Shown piece after piece: positions 60,895-64,000 of a stretch of DNA of 64,000 bases. Each line of letters begins with the position of its first letter. Within the stretch, counting starts at the first letter, position 1. The stretch is from a virus (lineage: Duplodnaviria > Caudoviricetes), in the IMG/VR virus record IMGVR_UViG_3300036801_000102, positions 211 to 64,210 of that record; one strand, given 5' to 3'. The notes beneath the pieces were generated by a model. The model was given only the letters and a program-made list of their open reading frames with translations, was not told the origin of the DNA and did not search any database. Made by a program: the position numbers and the translations under genes.

Positions 60895-61904
60895 GCGATA
60901 GTCCTGGCACAGTCGACCGCGAGCCGGCCGGCATTGCCGACATCATGGCGCGCCGGGAGGGCGACCTGCCGCCCGATATGCTCCGGCCAGAGCCGGATGA
61001 ACTGCAGCCGGAGCGTCAGAAGCCGGAGGCCAGCCCGCAGGACGATGCGGAGGCGGTTGTTGAGCAACTGAAGCGTGATGCTGAGCAGCTCCGGTCGCGG
61101 ACCGTGCAGGCAGAGGCGCATGCTGCTGCAGAGGCGCGGCGTGCACGCGAGGTGCATGCGGAGCTACAGCGCACGCGTGCTGGGGCCGACGATGCGAACT
61201 ACAATACGATTGCCAACGCACTCGAGGCCAGGAGCAGCGAGGCAGAACGTCTCAAAGCGCAGATGAAGAGTGCCGGCGAGGCTGGGGACTTTGCCCAGGT
61301 TGCCGACATCAGTCAGAGGCTCGGTGAGATCGGTGCTGAGCTGTCCAATTTGCGCGCCGGCAAAGAGCAGTACGAGGCTGAGCGCAATGCCCGGCTACGC
61401 GAGCCACCGCAGCCGCAGCGCGAGGCGCCGGCTCATACTGAGTGGACGACAGTTGGTGTGCCGCGGGATCAGTTCCTGGCTGGGCGGACACCCAAAACGC
61501 AGGAATGGCTTCGAACGAACGACAAGTTTTTCACCGATCAGTCGTTCTTCAATATGGTCACTGGTGCCGATGCTTTGGCCCGCGGCCGTGGCATGCAGGT
61601 CGACACACCAGAATATTTTCGGTTCATCGAGGAGCAGACTGGTATGAGTACCCCTCCGCGCAACACGCAATCGAGGGGCTCGGCTGCGCCACCTGCAACA
61701 CCTCCGAGCCGGGATGCGCCGACGCCGACCGGGCGTCCTTCACCGCGGGCCGGGGACGTGTATGTCTCGCCGGAGCAGCGCAGGATTGCCGAGTGGATGT
61801 TCAGTAAAATGCCGGGCGGGTATAAGCCAGAAGACGCTGAACAGTATGCGCGTGAGGAACGGGAATTGACTGCACGTGGGGAAACCCCCCATCGGAGGCG
61901 GTAA
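60891..61904 (+). CDS. Capsid scaffolding-like protein
   Basis: Acidic N-terminus, long coiled coil, W...N..F, DTPEYF..IE, V.VSPEQR.IA C-terminal helix. Confidence 0.65.
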   Translation: MSDSPGTVDREPAGIADIMARREGDLPPDMLRPEPDELQPERQKPEASPQDDAEAVVEQLKRDAEQLRSRTVQAEAHAAAEARRAREVHAELQRTRAGADDANYNTIANALEARSSEAERLKAQMKSAGEAGDFAQVADISQRLGEIGAELSNLRAGKEQYEAERNARLREPPQPQREAPAHTEWTTVGVPRDQFLAGRTPKTQEWLRTNDKFFTDQSFFNMVTGADALARGRGMQVDTPEYFRFIEEQTGMSTPPRNTQSRGSAAPPATPPSRDAPTPTGRPSPRAGDVYVSPEQRRIAEWMFSKMPGGYKPEDAEQYAREERELTARGETPHRRR

Positions 61905-62132
61905 ATGGGCTGTTTCCCAGCTGCCTTGTTGGTACAGGCGCTGATCACTTTAATTGTAATCTGCGCGGCCATGGCAATTATGCAAGTGTGCGTTGGGTTG
62001 CTGAGCTCGGAACTTGGCGGCACGATACTTACTGTGCTCAGGATTATTTTGTGGGCAGTAGTTGCGATATTTCTGGTGTATCTTTTCTATGATCTAATTA
62101 CATGTGCATGGCCTAGGCCTTTGATGCGATAG
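61905..62132 (+). CDS. Small two-TM membrane protein
   Basis: Two long hydrophobic helices; RBS GGAGG. Confidence 0.55.
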   Translation: MGCFPAALLVQALITLIVICAAMAIMQVCVGLLSSELGGTILTVLRIILWAVVAIFLVYLFYDLITCAWPRPLMR

Positions 62133-62145
62133 AAGGATAATCGAA

Positions 62146-62667
62146 GTGGCACTAACTAAGGGACTACATGAACCAATCCACGAGCCGGTGCATGAGCCGG
62201 TGAGGGCAGCGCTGCCTGATTTCGCCAACATGAGTGAGGACGAGCTGTTGGCATATGTCCAGCAGCAGGAGAGCGGAGATCAGTACACCATTCCGTATGG
62301 AATCGAACCGGACGGGATGAGCTATCAGTGGAAGCGTCACGAAGTCTATGGCAAGCCGGATTACGCGAACATGTCTGACCTTGAGCAGAAGGGCTGGCGC
62401 GCTGTCCCGCAGTCTCGGCATGATGGGCGTTGGATGCCGCCTGGCACCAGTGGGCCGACCCTTCGTGATGGGCTGATGTTGATGGAGATTCCGACGCCCC
62501 TGCTGCGTGCGAAGGAGACGATGCGGAATCGCTCGGCTGTCCAGCAGGTTGATTCGATGACCGAGCGGCTGTCCTACACGGCGCCTGGTGCTGCGCCGCG
62601 GACCGCACACCCCAAGACGATGCCGGTGGTGCGGCGCGAGATGGTGCAGATTGAGGTGGCGCCATAG
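62146..62667 (+). CDS. Conserved head-module protein
   Basis: P.GMSYQWKR..V.G.PD..N......GW..VP...GL.LME.P. Confidence 0.65.
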   Translation: MALTKGLHEPIHEPVHEPVRAALPDFANMSEDELLAYVQQQESGDQYTIPYGIEPDGMSYQWKRHEVYGKPDYANMSDLEQKGWRAVPQSRHDGRWMPPGTSGPTLRDGLMLMEIPTPLLRAKETMRNRSAVQQVDSMTERLSYTAPGAAPRTAHPKTMPVVRREMVQIEVAP

Positions 62668-62699
62668 GGCTCGTCGCTGGAGATCGAGGAGTAAGTAGA

Positions 62700-63773
62700 T
62701 TGACGCACATTCACAATACAAATTATCTGCGGAATGCAATTCATCCGTATACGAAGCTTTTTGATAATCGCAGGCATCCATTGCCTCCGAGAAGTTGGAC
62801 AATACCGGTTCTTGCGGCGGCTTATGGTTGTCCGACTGGATCGCTTGGTGGAGGTACCATTGCGATTGTCGAGCTTGGTGGTGGATGGAATGCTGCGGAT
62901 GTTGCTGCGGCATTCTCTGCGATGAATTTGCCAGAGCCGGTAATTGTTGATGTGAGTGTGGATGGAACGGCAAACAGCCCAGGCGCCGATGCTGATGCTG
63001 AGGTAGCTTTGGATATTCAGGTCGCTGGTGGTGTTTACGCCTACATGACAGGGCACGCGGCGCTGATCCGCATCTACTGGTCGCAGGATATCGGCACGGC
63101 GGTGGCTGCAGCTGCGGCAGACGGCTGTGATGTATGCTCGATCTCTTGGGGCGCTGACGAAGCTGTGTGGGGACAGGCTGCTGGGGAAGCGATGGAAATC
63201 ACAGCTGCAGCTGCTACAGAAGCTGGTATGGCGGTATTTGCCGCATCTGGGGACAATGATTCTAGCGATGGCGGTCGGACGCCTGCCAATGTGGACCTGC
63301 CTGCTGGGTGTCCGCATGTTGTTGGTTGTGGTGGTACTTCTTGGGTTCCTGGTTCATCTGACTTGAGCGAGGTTGTTTGGAACAACAATCCGCACCATCC
63401 AGATGGGAGCGGAACGGGTGGTGGATTTAGCTCTCTGTTTCCTGTGCAAGCGTGGCAGGTTGGTGTACCGCACGGCAGAGGGCGTATGGTGCCTGATGTT
63501 GCGGCCGTTGCGGACCCCAACACCGGGTACGATATTATCCTGAATGGCATGTCTGGTGTGATTGGTGGGACAAGTGCTGTTGCGCCATTCTATGCAGGTA
63601 TGGTTGCTGCATATGGAATGAAGCCTGGCTGGATTACGCCAAAGATGTTTCAGCACTCCACTGACTTTCACGACATTACCAGTGGTGATAATGGGCACTA
63701 CAAAGCAAGGGTTGGGCCTGATGCGTGTACTGGTCTTGGTTCGCCGACAGCTCAGCTGGCGAATGTTTTCTAG
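62700..63773 (+). CDS. S53 sedolisin/kumamolisin-like serine-carboxyl peptidase (catalytic domain only)
   Basis: IAIVELGGG, EVALDIQ (Glu/Asp), SISWG, ASGD (oxyanion Asp), GGTSAVAP (Ser), FHDITSG.NG...D.CTGLGSP (Ca site). Confidence 0.92.
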   Translation: MTHIHNTNYLRNAIHPYTKLFDNRRHPLPPRSWTIPVLAAAYGCPTGSLGGGTIAIVELGGGWNAADVAAAFSAMNLPEPVIVDVSVDGTANSPGADADAEVALDIQVAGGVYAYMTGHAALIRIYWSQDIGTAVAAAAADGCDVCSISWGADEAVWGQAAGEAMEITAAAATEAGMAVFAASGDNDSSDGGRTPANVDLPAGCPHVVGCGGTSWVPGSSDLSEVVWNNNPHHPDGSGTGGGFSSLFPVQAWQVGVPHGRGRMVPDVAAVADPNTGYDIILNGMSGVIGGTSAVAPFYAGMVAAYGMKPGWITPKMFQHSTDFHDITSGDNGHYKARVGPDACTGLGSPTAQLANVF

Positions 63774-63788
63774 AGCATTGAATTGGGG

Positions 63789-63923
63789 GCCATCGTACTT
63801 CCCAGCCGCCTAAGCGCACGGCTGCGATGGGCCGCCTCCCTACCCGCTTGTGCCCCATATGGTTTGTAACACAAGCGGCATGGGCAAACCGTGATGGCTT
63901 AATATGAAGACGGTAAGGCGGCC
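63789..63923 (+). ncRNA. Candidate pseudoknotted structured RNA
   Basis: Hairpin 63790-63830; long-range stem 63831-44/63912-22; 9-bp stem 63844-52/63870-78 whose loop pairs with 63885-92. Confidence 0.4.
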
Positions 63924-64000
63924 AACGCGCTCTTGTACTTTGGCTGAGCTACCAGCTTCGCGACAGTCCGATCAGATGTTTGGCCACTGCTACATCATAC

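Larger units (their letters stand above)
1..64000. mobile_element. Temperate tailed (podovirus/P22-like architecture) bacteriophage genome, near complete and circularly permuted
   Basis: TerS, TerL, portal, capsid, adaptor/nozzle, ejection proteins, endolysin, integrase and cI/cro are all present. No host housekeeping genes. The head module is split across the window ends (scaffold-like at 61-62 kb, capsid at 1.4 kb). Confidence 0.95.

Noticed and set aside
63775-63830. tmRNA-like tag ending GCC GCC TAA in a hairpin
   Set aside because: No AND-type resume sequence, upstream pseudoknot or tRNA-like domain is visible; kept only as an unnamed structured RNA.
1-64000. Stop-codon reassignment
   Set aside because: TAA, TAG and TGA all end conserved full-length genes with normal overlaps; coding density is high under code 11.
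63940-64000. Exact circular join of window end to position 1
   Set aside because: Joining gives a stop three codons past the junction in the lipoprotein frame and no terminal repeat is visible; some sequence is probably missing.

Overview
The window is a nearly complete, circularly permuted ~64 kb temperate tailed phage genome with a P22-like (short-tailed) virion layout. The host is inferred to be an alphaproteobacterium: the phage encodes a GcrA homologue and has TTG-N-GCTA-type promoters, and an Acetobacteraceae/acid-soil host is plausible but unproven. Modules: head genes (744-2282, preceded across the window edge by portal, GroES-like and scaffold-like genes at 56.8-62.7 kb), an unusually elaborate repeat-rich virion-accessory block with glycoside-hydrolase cargo (5.1-14.4 kb), tail and ejection proteins (14.4-28.4 kb), lysis (28.6-31.1 kb), integrase/xis, Sak4-like recombinase with SSB, a lambda-like cI/cro switch with GGGGC-N5-GCCCC operators, GcrA, RusA, an AAA helicase with iteron origin, and TerS/TerL. 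The most notable signals are: (1) a repeated late-promoter motif carrying a GANTC site in the GcrA-preferred context, in a phage with its own GcrA but no methylase; (2) a modular anchor-domain plus short-repeat system that may link hydrolase domains to the neck adaptor; (3) stem-covarying GCGCC-loop hairpins in late leaders and two candidate structured RNAs; (4) a basic-GG motif shared by internal virion proteins, and a propeptide-less sedolisin in the head module. All family assignments come from motif recognition by eye; no database search was run.
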